A stretch of DNA of 64,000 bases from a virus: positions 1 to 64,000 of the IMG/VR virus record IMGVR_UViG_3300047489_000453; one strand, 5' to 3'. The notes beneath the pieces were generated by a model. The model was not told the origin of the DNA and searched no databases. It was given only the letters and a program-made list of their open reading frames with translations. Positions within the stretch are counted from its first letter, which is position 1, and every line of letters starts with the position of its first letter. Position numbers and translations under genes: made by a program. Below are positions 18,631 through 28,433 of the stretch, in pieces.

Positions 18631-21600
18631 CTACGTGGTAGCCTTGTTAGGAACGTCGGTAGTCATTGACCCGTCAACTTTTCCTGAGAATGCCAGCTTT
18701 CCTGTTATTTCAAATTTAGTATTCTTAGGAAGCACGGCGACTATTTCTTTTGGCTGTCCAGGTTGCGAAGGATCACCTGGCTTTCCTGTCAAAGACGCCG
18801 ACTTAGGCATTCCCTTCTGTGCTTCAGACACTAGATTTTTAAGGCCTGTAGTGCTAAATCCACCGCTTCCGGCAAATATCTTATCTGTTATCCCTTCCTT
18901 CTCTAAACCTTGTTTAAACGCCTTTTCTTCTGCCGTTAGCTTGCTATCTTCTTTGCTTAGAACAGTTCTAAGTTGTTTAAGCTTATCTTCGTCTGAAGCC
19001 TTAGCGTCTAACTTGCCTAACTTAGCGGCTTGGTTGGCGGCAGCATTGATATCGCTAGCCACTTTCATTAAAGCCGGCTGGTCACCTTGGGTAAATTTGC
19101 TCTGGTCGACGCCTATGTTTCTTAAGTAAGCCGTACCTATTCCGCCGGTATTGTTCCTAATAAATAACTTTTCTTTTTCTTCATCACTCAACTTAGCGCC
19201 TGAAGGAGAGGTAAGAGCGCCTGATAGTTTGCCGGTAAGGTCAATCATGCTTTTCTTGCTTGCTTCAATTAGTTGTTTAAACCCGCCTTCTCCCATTTTT
19301 GATAAAAGGTTAGTTGGGTCGTATTTATCTAATGCAGCAATTGACCCCGAGACTCTAACAGCAGCTTTATCTGATTCTTTTTTGGCGTCTATCAGCTTCT
19401 TAGCGTTATCGGCACCAATCCTTTTTTCTTGTGTCGATACCGCGTCTTCATGCCTATTAGCGGCATCCAGTGACGTCTGCCCGGCTTTCTTTGTAAGCTC
19501 AAAAGTTTTTCTAACGTCAGCCTCTGACTGCTTAGACTTATCGACTATTGTCTTGATACCTTCATCAAACTGTTTGCTCTTAAGCTCATAGTCCTCGGCT
19601 GAGCTGGCACCTGACTTACTAATAAGTTCTTGGGCCCTAGCTTGCTTAGAACGATCACCTTTTATTCCCTTAAGTTCTTTAGCCTCGTCTTCTGATAGCT
19701 TAGTAAATGATTTATTAAGCTCTTGGAGCTGACCGTATTCAGCCCCAGCTTTTGATTTTATGGACTCTTCTGATTTAAGTAACCGCTTAGTTTCAGCCCT
19801 TTCATCCGCAGTTAGCTTATGCTCCTGGGTGAACATATTAATATTGCCGGCAATATCAGTGATACCAGTAGTCTTTGATATATTCTTAATCAAAGAGTCT
19901 AACTGAGTATCAGCTTTCTTTTGGGTATCCAGGCTATCAGTAAATTCTTTAACAGCCGAGTCTATTACTCCGCTTTCAAGTTCTTTTAAAGTTTTTTCTG
20001 TGCCTTCTCTCTTTGTCTTAAGCTGATCCTTTGACATGCCGGATATTGATTTTAATTCCGATATCCTTTGCTCATTTCTTGCCTTTAACGCTGGCTTAGT
20101 TTTTATTTCTTCTTCTAAATTTTTTATAGATACGTTTTCTATGTTTTCTCTGGCTACCTGAGCCCTAGACTTCTTTACGCTTATAGTTTTCTTGGGGTCG
20201 TTAGGGTCTGGTACGTCTACGTCTATAGTATCTTTTTCATTTAAAAGATCGTTTATAAGGCCTATGTCGCCCTTTTTAACGCCTTTTAGATACTCAGTAT
20301 CTACCCCTACCATAGTCTCAGGAGTTTTCCCGGACATTAAATCGGTTATACTTGAACCCGTAGCTCCCGCAAGGTTGTATAACACATCGGTTATTCCCCT
20401 TGCCTGGTTCATAGCGCGAGCGCCTTCTACGCCGCCTGTTTCTATCATTTGTTTTGACGAGCCGTAGATATCTGTAAATCTTCTAAGGGCCTCTATACCA
20501 TACTGAGTGTCTTGGCTTTCAGTCGAAGTTAGCTGGTTATAAGCCTCGTTTAGCTCTTTAAATCTTGACCCACCTTGAGCAGTTTTACCAAACTTATCAA
20601 GAACCTCAAACCCGCTACTTGACGCTGCTTTACGTAAAGTGTCTAAAGCATTAGCTCTTCCAGCTGTAGTTAAATCGTTAAGATCAAGGTCTCTGGCCTG
20701 CTTGGCAGTAACCCCGTGTCTCTTTTGAAAATCTTGCAATATTTCTTTTGATCTGGTTCTGGCTTCTTCTTTGGTTCCAACGCCCTTGTATTCTTCCTTG
20801 TACTTACTGTAGTCGGCGAATTCTGAAAATCTCTTTTCAGCGTCATCCATATCCTTTGCTAATCCAGCCTGAACTATTTGAGTTTTTATATTTTCCTTAT
20901 TTTCCTGGTTTTGTTTCTTCTGGTCTTCAGTAAGATTCTGCTGCTCAGAATCCAACTTGTTTTCTACGGCAGCGTTTCTTATGTAAGCTTCTTTTACTTT
21001 TCTTGCATCAAATGATGAGAATATTCTAGAAGCCTCTCCCATAGCCTCTATCTCTGGCCCTAATAACCCTAGCATTTCATCTTTATTTTGGAATCCAAGT
21101 ATGGCGGCAGCCCCTTCTTTGAATTCAGTATTGGGCCCGGCTGTCTTAATAAAATCTACTAATCTTTGAGTAACATCTGTCTTAGCTACTCCTCTTAGAG
21201 TTTCTTGGAATTGACTTTCCTGCTCAACTTGTGCCCCGGTTACAGCGGCTTCTTTTAATATCCTAGGACTTAGCGTGGCTTGCATATTTGATAAGTATTG
21301 GAACCCGGCTCGGTTAGCATAGCTCTTGGCGTTGTCTGCCAGGCCTGCCGACATGCTATTAACTAGCTGCTTATCCTTATCGCTAAGAACAAGGCCTTTT
21401 GATTTGAAGTGGGCTTCCAGAGACTTCTTTACAACGTCCTCAGGGTTATTAAGCTCTTCCTTACTTGCATTCATAAGGGCTCTGGCCGATATCTCGCTTA
21501 GCTTTCCAGAGTTTTCTTCCATCTCTTTTTTCAACCCAGCGGACGCGTCTCCGGCGTCCTTGGCGTATCTTCCTACGACGTTTCTTCCAAACCCAGTCAT

Positions 21601-23193
21601 TTCAACCACAGCCCTTTCAGCCTGTAAGTTTCTGCCTATTTTGTTGCCTATATCGTATTTACTTATAAATTCAGCGTTAGCTGACTGATTAGCCGCCAAG
21701 TCCTGTATTACGGCGCCTGATACGCCCTGGTCCTTTAGAAACGCGGCCATTCCGCCTGGTCTCATATGGATGCCCATTATCATTTTTGTATCAGCTTCAG
21801 TGGCCGGCTTTTTACCAGTTATAACGTCGTATACCTTGGAAAGCTCAGACCCTTGCTTAGGCTGAAACTTATACTGATCAACCAGTCTGGCTATAGCCCC
21901 AAGTTGCTGGGTTCTAAAATCTTTTACAGAATCCACGCCAAGCTGTTGTTGTATATTCATTAACTTATCGTGCGAGGCCAGGCCAAAAGCTCTAGCCCCT
22001 CCAAACATGCGCTTAGATGCCTCGTTTTCTCTCATTGCCTGCATGGTAATTTCTGGGGCAAATATTCTATCTACGCCGGCTCTATCGGTCATAGCCGCAG
22101 TTGCGCCCATCAACTTAAACGTAGTAGGCATGTCTATGCCTACAGCTTTAGCTGTATTAGAGGTATTACGTATCATCCTTTCTAGTTTTGCGGGCTCCAT
22201 AGAAGGTATATTAGCCTGGGTTAGAGACTCTATAGCTCCCACTAATTCCTGTATTGGGGCGTCTGGCTGGCCCATCTCTCCAAATATCTCTTTCATGGCA
22301 GAGACTGCCTTGGACATGTCCTTAAGTCGACCAGATATTCTGTCGGCGTCTATTTCTCGTATCTTTGTATCCACTTCTGGCAAGGCAGTAGCCTCTGCCA
22401 CAGTTATATTCATATCCTTCGCTATCTTTTGTATTGCTTCTGACCTAGGTCTAGCTCCGCCCATTAAGCCGCGTCTTTGCATATCGTCGTACAGAGCCCC
22501 AGCCTCGCCGGCCCTTAATCCGCCCATTTGCGAAATATCTTTACCAGGCCCGTACAAGTTTTCAAATACTCTTGTTGTTATGGCCGAGGTTGACTCTGGC
22601 GTAAGACCTCGTCTACCAGTTAAAGGGTCGGTAGCGTATCTGCCGCCCATGTACATGTTCTGAGCCATGACAGTAGCAGACCCTGTAGATCCTCCGAGCC
22701 TGTCCACTAAGTCTGGGTTGGTAGCGGCTATAAAAGGTAAAAATCCACTAGCCGATGAAGCAAAAGCTCTGGCAGCTTCTTGTTGTCTAGGCCCAAACTC
22801 GGAGCCTGTCATCCTAGCTGAGCCGCGAATCATCTCATATATGGTTCGACTGTCGGCCTTAGAAGCATCCCCTACTGACTTACGAAACCCGCCTAAGGCT
22901 TCCCTTGCCCTCATCTGGTTATGCATATTTACGCCTGGCGTGAAGTTGGCAGGAACGAAATTATTACCTACCATGCTTTGAAGCACGCCGCCCATAACCA
23001 TATCTATGATCATCTTTGTTCCAGGATCACTTATACCTACTAATCCTGAAATATTGGCAACCCCGTACTGCATACCTTGCTGAAGTGGGTATCCTCCAGC
23101 TAAAGGGGGCTGCGCTATGGCGTTGGCAAATGAATTAGGGAATGGTGAAAATTCACCAAACGTCATAGGTCTAGGAAATGTTAATGCTGACAA
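18631..23193 (-). CDS. Tail tape measure protein
   Basis: 1520 aa, helical and A/K/G-rich with no Cys or Trp; directly downstream of a frameshifting chaperone pair; TTG start with AGGAGG RBS. Confidence 0.8.
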   Translation of the reverse strand: MSALTFPRPMTFGEFSPFPNSFANAIAQPPLAGGYPLQQGMQYGVANISGLVGISDPGTKMIIDMVMGGVLQSMVGNNFVPANFTPGVNMHNQMRAREALGGFRKSVGDASKADSRTIYEMIRGSARMTGSEFGPRQQEAARAFASSASGFLPFIAATNPDLVDRLGGSTGSATVMAQNMYMGGRYATDPLTGRRGLTPESTSAITTRVFENLYGPGKDISQMGGLRAGEAGALYDDMQRRGLMGGARPRSEAIQKIAKDMNITVAEATALPEVDTKIREIDADRISGRLKDMSKAVSAMKEIFGEMGQPDAPIQELVGAIESLTQANIPSMEPAKLERMIRNTSNTAKAVGIDMPTTFKLMGATAAMTDRAGVDRIFAPEITMQAMRENEASKRMFGGARAFGLASHDKLMNIQQQLGVDSVKDFRTQQLGAIARLVDQYKFQPKQGSELSKVYDVITGKKPATEADTKMIMGIHMRPGGMAAFLKDQGVSGAVIQDLAANQSANAEFISKYDIGNKIGRNLQAERAVVEMTGFGRNVVGRYAKDAGDASAGLKKEMEENSGKLSEISARALMNASKEELNNPEDVVKKSLEAHFKSKGLVLSDKDKQLVNSMSAGLADNAKSYANRAGFQYLSNMQATLSPRILKEAAVTGAQVEQESQFQETLRGVAKTDVTQRLVDFIKTAGPNTEFKEGAAAILGFQNKDEMLGLLGPEIEAMGEASRIFSSFDARKVKEAYIRNAAVENKLDSEQQNLTEDQKKQNQENKENIKTQIVQAGLAKDMDDAEKRFSEFADYSKYKEEYKGVGTKEEARTRSKEILQDFQKRHGVTAKQARDLDLNDLTTAGRANALDTLRKAASSSGFEVLDKFGKTAQGGSRFKELNEAYNQLTSTESQDTQYGIEALRRFTDIYGSSKQMIETGGVEGARAMNQARGITDVLYNLAGATGSSITDLMSGKTPETMVGVDTEYLKGVKKGDIGLINDLLNEKDTIDVDVPDPNDPKKTISVKKSRAQVARENIENVSIKNLEEEIKTKPALKARNEQRISELKSISGMSKDQLKTKREGTEKTLKELESGVIDSAVKEFTDSLDTQKKADTQLDSLIKNISKTTGITDIAGNINMFTQEHKLTADERAETKRLLKSEESIKSKAGAEYGQLQELNKSFTKLSEDEAKELKGIKGDRSKQARAQELISKSGASSAEDYELKSKQFDEGIKTIVDKSKQSEADVRKTFELTKKAGQTSLDAANRHEDAVSTQEKRIGADNAKKLIDAKKESDKAAVRVSGSIAALDKYDPTNLLSKMGEGGFKQLIEASKKSMIDLTGKLSGALTSPSGAKLSDEEKEKLFIRNNTGGIGTAYLRNIGVDQSKFTQGDQPALMKVASDINAAANQAAKLGKLDAKASDEDKLKQLRTVLSKEDSKLTAEEKAFKQGLEKEGITDKIFAGSGGFSTTGLKNLVSEAQKGMPKSASLTGKPGDPSQPGQPKEIVAVLPKNTKFEITGKLAFSGKVDGSMTTDVPNKATT

Positions 23194-23216
23194 CTTTCAG
23201 CCCTCCTGGCTAGTTA

Positions 23217-23507
23217 TTAGCTGTCTTTTTCTCGCCAAGGTAGGGCCGATTCCATATAGTTTTCAAAAAGACCTGTCATGCCGTCCCAAGCCTCATTAAA
23301 CATTTCTGCGGTACCGTAGCCCAGGGCTCCAGTATACCTTAAGATTGCCAGCTTAACCACATCAGCGTTCTTACGCGCCATGTAAGATTTTGCCAGCCAT
23401 TTTAATCTAAGCTGCCACTTGCGATCGAGTAAATTGGCGTTTTTAAAGTCTACAACGCCATTGGCTGATAGCTCAACAAGTAGAGCGGCTACGCGATCGC
23501 TTTCCAA
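23217..23507 (-). CDS. Tail assembly chaperone, frameshifted C-terminal (GT-like) segment
   Basis: Lies in the -1 frame of the upstream ORF, starting exactly at an A-AAT-TTT heptamer; no RBS before its TTG. Confidence 0.7.
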   Translation of the reverse strand: MESDRVAALLVELSANGVVDFKNANLLDRKWQLRLKWLAKSYMARKNADVVKLAILRYTGALGYGTAEMFNEAWDGMTGLFENYMESALPWREKDS

Positions 23508-24718
23508 AAATTTGGCGACTCCGCCATAACTTGAAGCTTATCACACAATGATTGGAACTCAAAGTACGCATGTCCTATTACGGACCTTGTACTTTCTAGC
23601 GGTAAAAATGTATCTAAAACATAATTGAGGAATGGAATAAGCCTGGCTTGAGCATCTTTTCCCGAGACGCCATCTAACTCGGCCTCTGCCAAGGTAGGAA
23701 TTTCAAGAGTACCGTACTCTACAGAAGTTATGCTTTCTAAAGACATTACCATTCTGTAAGCCTGGAGATTTCTCCAGTAAAAATCTGTACCAGCCAAGGC
23801 TCTGTCTTGAAAGTCTTTTTGCCCGTCTAAAACTATTTGCCTAAAAGCCATGTCTGATTCTTTAGACGTAAGTGCCCTAAATACGATCTTATACTTACCG
23901 TTAAACATGTCGTAGGATTTTTTAAATCTTATGTTGCCTAGTATTGATTGAACAAAGTCGTATTTATCGTCATCAGAAGGCTCGGTCAGGTCTGTCTTCT
24001 TTAGATCCCATCCGCAATGAGGGCAATTATCTAATATGCTTATGGTTTGCGTTGGATCGGGCGGGTTAGGCATAGGATCATAAGCAAAGCTTTGCTGCTG
24101 GTTTACCGGCTCTTCTTTTGGTTTCATAGCTTCCTTAGCAGGAGACGATATATCATTTATGAACGTAAGCTTATCGGCAGGATTCTCTGTGTTAGGTTTT
24201 TGAGGGGCTGCCGGAGCCTCAATAGGTTTTGGCTTTGCTTCTTCTTTTTTAACAATTATGGGGACGTCTCCACTTTTCTCTTCGGCATCTGGCATCATAA
24301 GTTCAGGGGGCAACACAGGCTTTTTTATAACAGAAGCCCCTTCAGACTTTTCAAACGCAGCCATGTGTACTTTTCTTAATTCTTCTAGCTTTTCTTTATC
24401 ATCCAGTATGGACTTAAGAAGGCTGATTCCCTCTTCTATCTCGGCCCTATATTTGGGCGGCACTTGGTCCATAGGTATAGGGTTACTGATGGACTGCCTA
24501 ATTTGCTCGTATGACCGCATTTCCTCTTCGGTCATTCCGACCTGGGCTGGCGGCTCTTCTTCTTTAACTTCTTTTATAAGACCTCTACGCTCTATTTCTT
24601 TTTGGACTTCGTCGCCTTTTCCTTCTTTTTGAAGTTTTAAGGCTTTTATTTCAAAGTCGGTCAAGGACGACACCTTAGGCTTATCAGCCAATGGTGGGTC
24701 CTTTTCGTTATCAGCCAT
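23489..24718 (-). CDS. Tail assembly chaperone (G-like) with a long low-complexity N-terminal extension and a CxxC motif
   Basis: Position upstream of the tape measure; KIVFRALTSKESD chaperone-like motif; ends at the slippery site. Confidence 0.65.
   Translation of the reverse strand: MADNEKDPPLADKPKVSSLTDFEIKALKLQKEGKGDEVQKEIERRGLIKEVKEEEPPAQVGMTEEEMRSYEQIRQSISNPIPMDQVPPKYRAEIEEGISLLKSILDDKEKLEELRKVHMAAFEKSEGASVIKKPVLPPELMMPDAEEKSGDVPIIVKKEEAKPKPIEAPAAPQKPNTENPADKLTFINDISSPAKEAMKPKEEPVNQQQSFAYDPMPNPPDPTQTISILDNCPHCGWDLKKTDLTEPSDDDKYDFVQSILGNIRFKKSYDMFNGKYKIVFRALTSKESDMAFRQIVLDGQKDFQDRALAGTDFYWRNLQAYRMVMSLESITSVEYGTLEIPTLAEAELDGVSGKDAQARLIPFLNYVLDTFLPLESTRSVIGHAYFEFQSLCDKLQVMAESPNFWKAIA
23507..23513 (-). 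other. Programmed -1 ribosomal frameshift slippery site A AAT TTT
   Basis: Frame 0 reads CCA AAT TTT TGG AAA GCG ATC GCG TAG; the -1 frame reads AAA TTT TTG GAA AGC GAT CGC into the next ORF; fits X XXY YYZ. Confidence 0.75.
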
Positions 24719-24734
24719 CGTATCCTCTTTTCTT

Positions 24735-27368
24735 TTATCCTATGATTTTATAATTACCATCAGGAGGCGTACCGTTTTCAGACCCAGGGTTTTTTTGATC
24801 TTCTATTCTTTGAGAAGGTTTTAAGTCATAAAACATTAAATCAACTTCTTTCATAGAAGGATCTTCCGTCCAGGCCTGCCTACCAGGATAAGGATAAGTA
24901 TCTTCGCTTAAATACACAACAGGATTTTCCGTCCATGCGGACCCTCCTCCGCCAAACAGCCTATCTCTTTGTTGCCACCTGCTTTCGTATAGTTTGAATG
25001 CAGTCGCCTTGTACTCTTCTGTAGATTTAAATTTAAAGGCGTTTTTACCCCATCCACCAGACGTATCAGCGTCTCCTATTTGACCACCTTCTGTAAATGG
25101 ATTTTTTATAAAGGCCTCATATAGATCATCTCCAAGCTTATTAATGTTCTCAACATACTCTTTTATCTTCTCAAGAGAGTCCTGAGCCTTTTGTTTGGCC
25201 GAAGTTCCAGAGTCATCTACTTCGTCGCTAAGTTCGCCGACAAAATAGTTGAAGGTCTTGGCCTGGCCTGTGGCTATGTGGCCTTCTACAGCTATTACGT
25301 ACCGTTTACATATAAGGTTTCCAAGCCCACCAATATCTCCGTCTGCGTATATTGGAGAACCGGTAACAGTAGTTGTCCCTGTAAAAGAGTTAGACGAGGT
25401 GGCCGCCCCAGGAGATCCAAAGAAGTCATATCTGCCTTGGTTAACAAATACCCCCATTCTTTCTGAGGATATGCACACGTCGCCACTTCCTTCACTACCA
25501 GCATCTATAATTACATTTCTAGCTGAGCCGTCGGCGCCTGATCTTAAATAAAGGTCTTCAACTGATAAGAGATTGATGCCCCCAGCGGACCTCAGCACTA
25601 TGCCCTTTTCTACCCTGCTTTTATTTTCAATTATAAGGTTGCCTTCAGATTCTCCATTACCGGCCAGTATCATAGTATTCTTTTCAGCTTTTAACCTGAC
25701 ATCGGCGTCTGTAGAGCTTACGTCTATATCTTCTTTGGATCTTATGGCCGTAGACCTACCGGCTAGGGATATAAGATTTCTTCCTGGTCTAAGTTGAATG
25801 TCGCCTGGGCAGCTTATCTCTATAGATCCGCCCACCATTCTTATTTCTTCGCCATGCGGGCCAGCTATTACTATGGCTCCGTCAGGCATAATCTTAAAAT
25901 AAGACAGCAGATTATTGTATTTAGCGTCGTATCTGTGATCCACTTTCTTAGTGGTTCCAGTGGGAGGAGTTATATACCATTGCCCTGAAAGCTGGCCGTA
26001 AGCCGGTGAGTCTTCTGTCTCAGGGTCTTCATAGGTTATAAAGTCATTTTGATGGTAGACAAACGGATGTTCGTTTCTCCATGCAAAAGAGTACGCAACA
26101 TCGTCATCGGCTATTAATACTCTTGCTGGAAATTCTTGGGCGTCTATTGGAGTGTCGGTAATCTTGTGATCCTCGCCGCCGCCTACCGAACCAGAAAACT
26201 TATAATTATCCTTGGTATCTCCGCTTTCCTCGTCCTCCATTCTTCTAACTCTAGCTGGAGATTTGTATAGAGGCGAGTGAGCTATGGTGATTCCTTGGGA
26301 GGACCTTATATGGTAATTGCCGTCAAGCGCAAGGTGCTGCTCCCAGGCTATATCTCCGCCTCTTTTACCTAGCTCATTAATGCCGCCGCCCTCAGGAGGT
26401 AGCCTCAAAAACTGCCTAAACCCTTGGCCTAGGTATCCTGTAAATGATTGCAGCCTGTGATATGGCACTTGGGTTTCTAGGCCTATGTCTTTAGCCGCAT
26501 CCGTATATCCGTCATCTTTTAACTGGGCGGTCCTTGTACCGCTTTCCAGAGCACCAAGTCCTTCCCACGGGTATGTAGCATACCCTACGTATCCAACGCA
26601 CTCAGAAGTGTCATTAAAGAACTCTTGCTCATGGGCGCACGACCTTATCTGTATGTTGTGGCCTTGCATTCTGGCTACTTGGTCAAAGTGAAAGGCCCAG
26701 AAGCCGCAATTCTCGTCTGACTTTATAAATGACATAAACGGGTCTATGAATATAGCTGTGCCAGTTTCACATACCCAACCTCTTTCTCCAACTAAGGTAG
26801 AATCTACAGGGGAACCTCTGGAGAAATCTCCCAAGCATTCTTTGTCAAATAAAGTAAGACTATTATTGGTGCCTTCAGCCGTTGTGAAAAAATTAGTGGC
26901 CATCGATATCACTTCTGGAATAACATCGCCCATGTAGGGCATGGCGTCTGGCTCTACGCCTATTATGGTTCCAGTAGTGCCGCTATATGGCTTAATGTAA
27001 TGCACTTTTGTATGCGGCTGAATACTACCTATTCTTCTGGCGCCAATAGGAGTATTTGAGCAATCCGACATTAGGTTACATACGACGGCATGGCCACCAT
27101 TAAAAGATATAACCTTATACCATCCATAAAACGGAAGCACCTCGGCAACTATACCGAGATATACGTTATTTGAGTTAGACAGATCTTGATAGCTTACAGC
27201 AGTAGACGAATAAGGGTCTGAGTTAGACTTTGTAGGCCTAATAGGATTATCGCGTGAAATAATGGAAGCTACGTTTCTTACGGCCTCGTTTACTTTTGGA
27301 AAAAACGAATTAACTATGTCACCAAAATTAAACTCGTCTGGGGAATGCGACATCATGTCTCCAATCAT
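24735..27368 (-). CDS. Baseplate central spike (gp5/VgrG-like) protein (start probably ATG 27356 or 27353)
   Basis: N-terminal OB-like region and beta-helix repeats (GSIEISCPGDIQLRPGRNLISLAGRSTAIRSKEDIDVSS...). Confidence 0.6.
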   Translation of the reverse strand: MIGDMMSHSPDEFNFGDIVNSFFPKVNEAVRNVASIISRDNPIRPTKSNSDPYSSTAVSYQDLSNSNNVYLGIVAEVLPFYGWYKVISFNGGHAVVCNLMSDCSNTPIGARRIGSIQPHTKVHYIKPYSGTTGTIIGVEPDAMPYMGDVIPEVISMATNFFTTAEGTNNSLTLFDKECLGDFSRGSPVDSTLVGERGWVCETGTAIFIDPFMSFIKSDENCGFWAFHFDQVARMQGHNIQIRSCAHEQEFFNDTSECVGYVGYATYPWEGLGALESGTRTAQLKDDGYTDAAKDIGLETQVPYHRLQSFTGYLGQGFRQFLRLPPEGGGINELGKRGGDIAWEQHLALDGNYHIRSSQGITIAHSPLYKSPARVRRMEDEESGDTKDNYKFSGSVGGGEDHKITDTPIDAQEFPARVLIADDDVAYSFAWRNEHPFVYHQNDFITYEDPETEDSPAYGQLSGQWYITPPTGTTKKVDHRYDAKYNNLLSYFKIMPDGAIVIAGPHGEEIRMVGGSIEISCPGDIQLRPGRNLISLAGRSTAIRSKEDIDVSSTDADVRLKAEKNTMILAGNGESEGNLIIENKSRVEKGIVLRSAGGINLLSVEDLYLRSGADGSARNVIIDAGSEGSGDVCISSERMGVFVNQGRYDFFGSPGAATSSNSFTGTTTVTGSPIYADGDIGGLGNLICKRYVIAVEGHIATGQAKTFNYFVGELSDEVDDSGTSAKQKAQDSLEKIKEYVENINKLGDDLYEAFIKNPFTEGGQIGDADTSGGWGKNAFKFKSTEEYKATAFKLYESRWQQRDRLFGGGGSAWTENPVVYLSEDTYPYPGRQAWTEDPSMKEVDLMFYDLKPSQRIEDQKNPGSENGTPPDGNYKIIG

Positions 27369-27372
27369 GTAT

Positions 27373-27418
27373 AAAACAAAAAATCTGCCGCACAGTATTT
27401 TGCGCTGTACGGCAGATT
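27373..27418 (-). terminator. Rho-independent terminator after the tube genes
   Basis: Minus strand AATCTGCCGTACAG...CTGTGCGGCAGATT followed by TTTTGTTTT. Confidence 0.75.
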
Positions 27419-27438
27419 AATTCAATACATTAATAGGC

Positions 27439-27457
27439 TAAGTATTACTAATACTTA
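27439..27457. promoter_or_regulatory. Perfect palindrome TAAGTATTA-C-TAATACTTA (operator-like)
   Basis: 9-bp inverted repeat in intergenic DNA. Confidence 0.4.
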
Positions 27458-27461
27458 TATT

Positions 27462-27926
27462 TTAGGTGTATTCCAGTTCAGTCATCATGCCCTGAACTTG
27501 TGAATTAATAAGATTGTCCTGAGACGCTACTGTAAATCCTACGCTCTGCAATAGTACGCCCTTAAGAGTAAGGCTTAAGCTTTCTCCCCCGCCGCCGCCT
27601 TTTCTACAGAAAGAATTTGGAAAAGTAACTACCATAGTTCTGTCGCCAGTACACGGATCAGCTAGCGTAGTTACTTGAGACAATACTTGCTTACCAAATC
27701 CAAGTATTTGGGCTATAGAAAAGGTTCCACTTGGTTTGCCTAAAACATAGTATCTTTTATTTGAGCCTACTTCAAACAAGTTCTGAATAGGCTGCTGATG
27801 AGATACCTGCAGATTTTGAATGAGCGATACCCCATCTTGCTGCCCATTAAAGGTTACGCCTTTACCTGCGACTGTTCTAAAAGTGCCCTGGTAATCAGCC
27901 GTATTTTGACCAAAAATAGCTGCCAT
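27462..27926 (-). CDS. Tail tube protein, paralog 2
   Basis: LIQNLQVSHQQPIQNLFEVGSNKRYYVLGKPSGTFSIAQILG; highly similar to the adjacent gene. Confidence 0.8.
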   Translation of the reverse strand: MAAIFGQNTADYQGTFRTVAGKGVTFNGQQDGVSLIQNLQVSHQQPIQNLFEVGSNKRYYVLGKPSGTFSIAQILGFGKQVLSQVTTLADPCTGDRTMVVTFPNSFCRKGGGGGESLSLTLKGVLLQSVGFTVASQDNLINSQVQGMMTELEYT

Positions 27927-27938
27927 TTATCACCTCTC

Positions 27939-28415
27939 TTACTTAAAGGCGACTGTGGAGTATTCAAGGTCGACCATTACGCCTGAAAGATTAGAATTAA
28001 TAAGGTTATCCTGAGCTGCAACGCTGAATCCGACCTGCTGCAGAAGGGTGCCCTTAAGGGAAAGACTTAAAGTACCGCCGTTAGAGCCACCTAATTTACA
28101 GAATGAATTAGGGATAACAAGATTGAGCTGCCTGTCGCCTTGGCATGGATTAGCCAAGTCAGTTACGCCGCTCAAGGTTTCGTTGCCGAAGCCGAGGATT
28201 TGGCCAATGGTAAAAGTACCACCAGCTTTGCCTACCACATAAAACCTCTTCTGTGAACCTACTTCGAAGAGAGGCTGAACAGGCTGAGAGTGCGATACCT
28301 GAAGGTTTTGGACAAGGGTAACGTCCTTGCCTGCAAACCTAAGTGCGGTGCCTGCCGTTGAACGGAAGGCACCTTGATAATCACCTCTTGTTGCGTCGCC
28401 AAAAATAGAAGCCAT
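27939..28415 (-). CDS. Tail tube protein, paralog 1
   Basis: Immediately follows the sheath; LVQNLQVSHSQPVQPLFEVGS tube motif. Confidence 0.8.
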   Translation of the reverse strand: MASIFGDATRGDYQGAFRSTAGTALRFAGKDVTLVQNLQVSHSQPVQPLFEVGSQKRFYVVGKAGGTFTIGQILGFGNETLSGVTDLANPCQGDRQLNLVIPNSFCKLGGSNGGTLSLSLKGTLLQQVGFSVAAQDNLINSNLSGVMVDLEYSTVAFK

Positions 28416-28433
28416 AATTAACCTCCGATTGGG

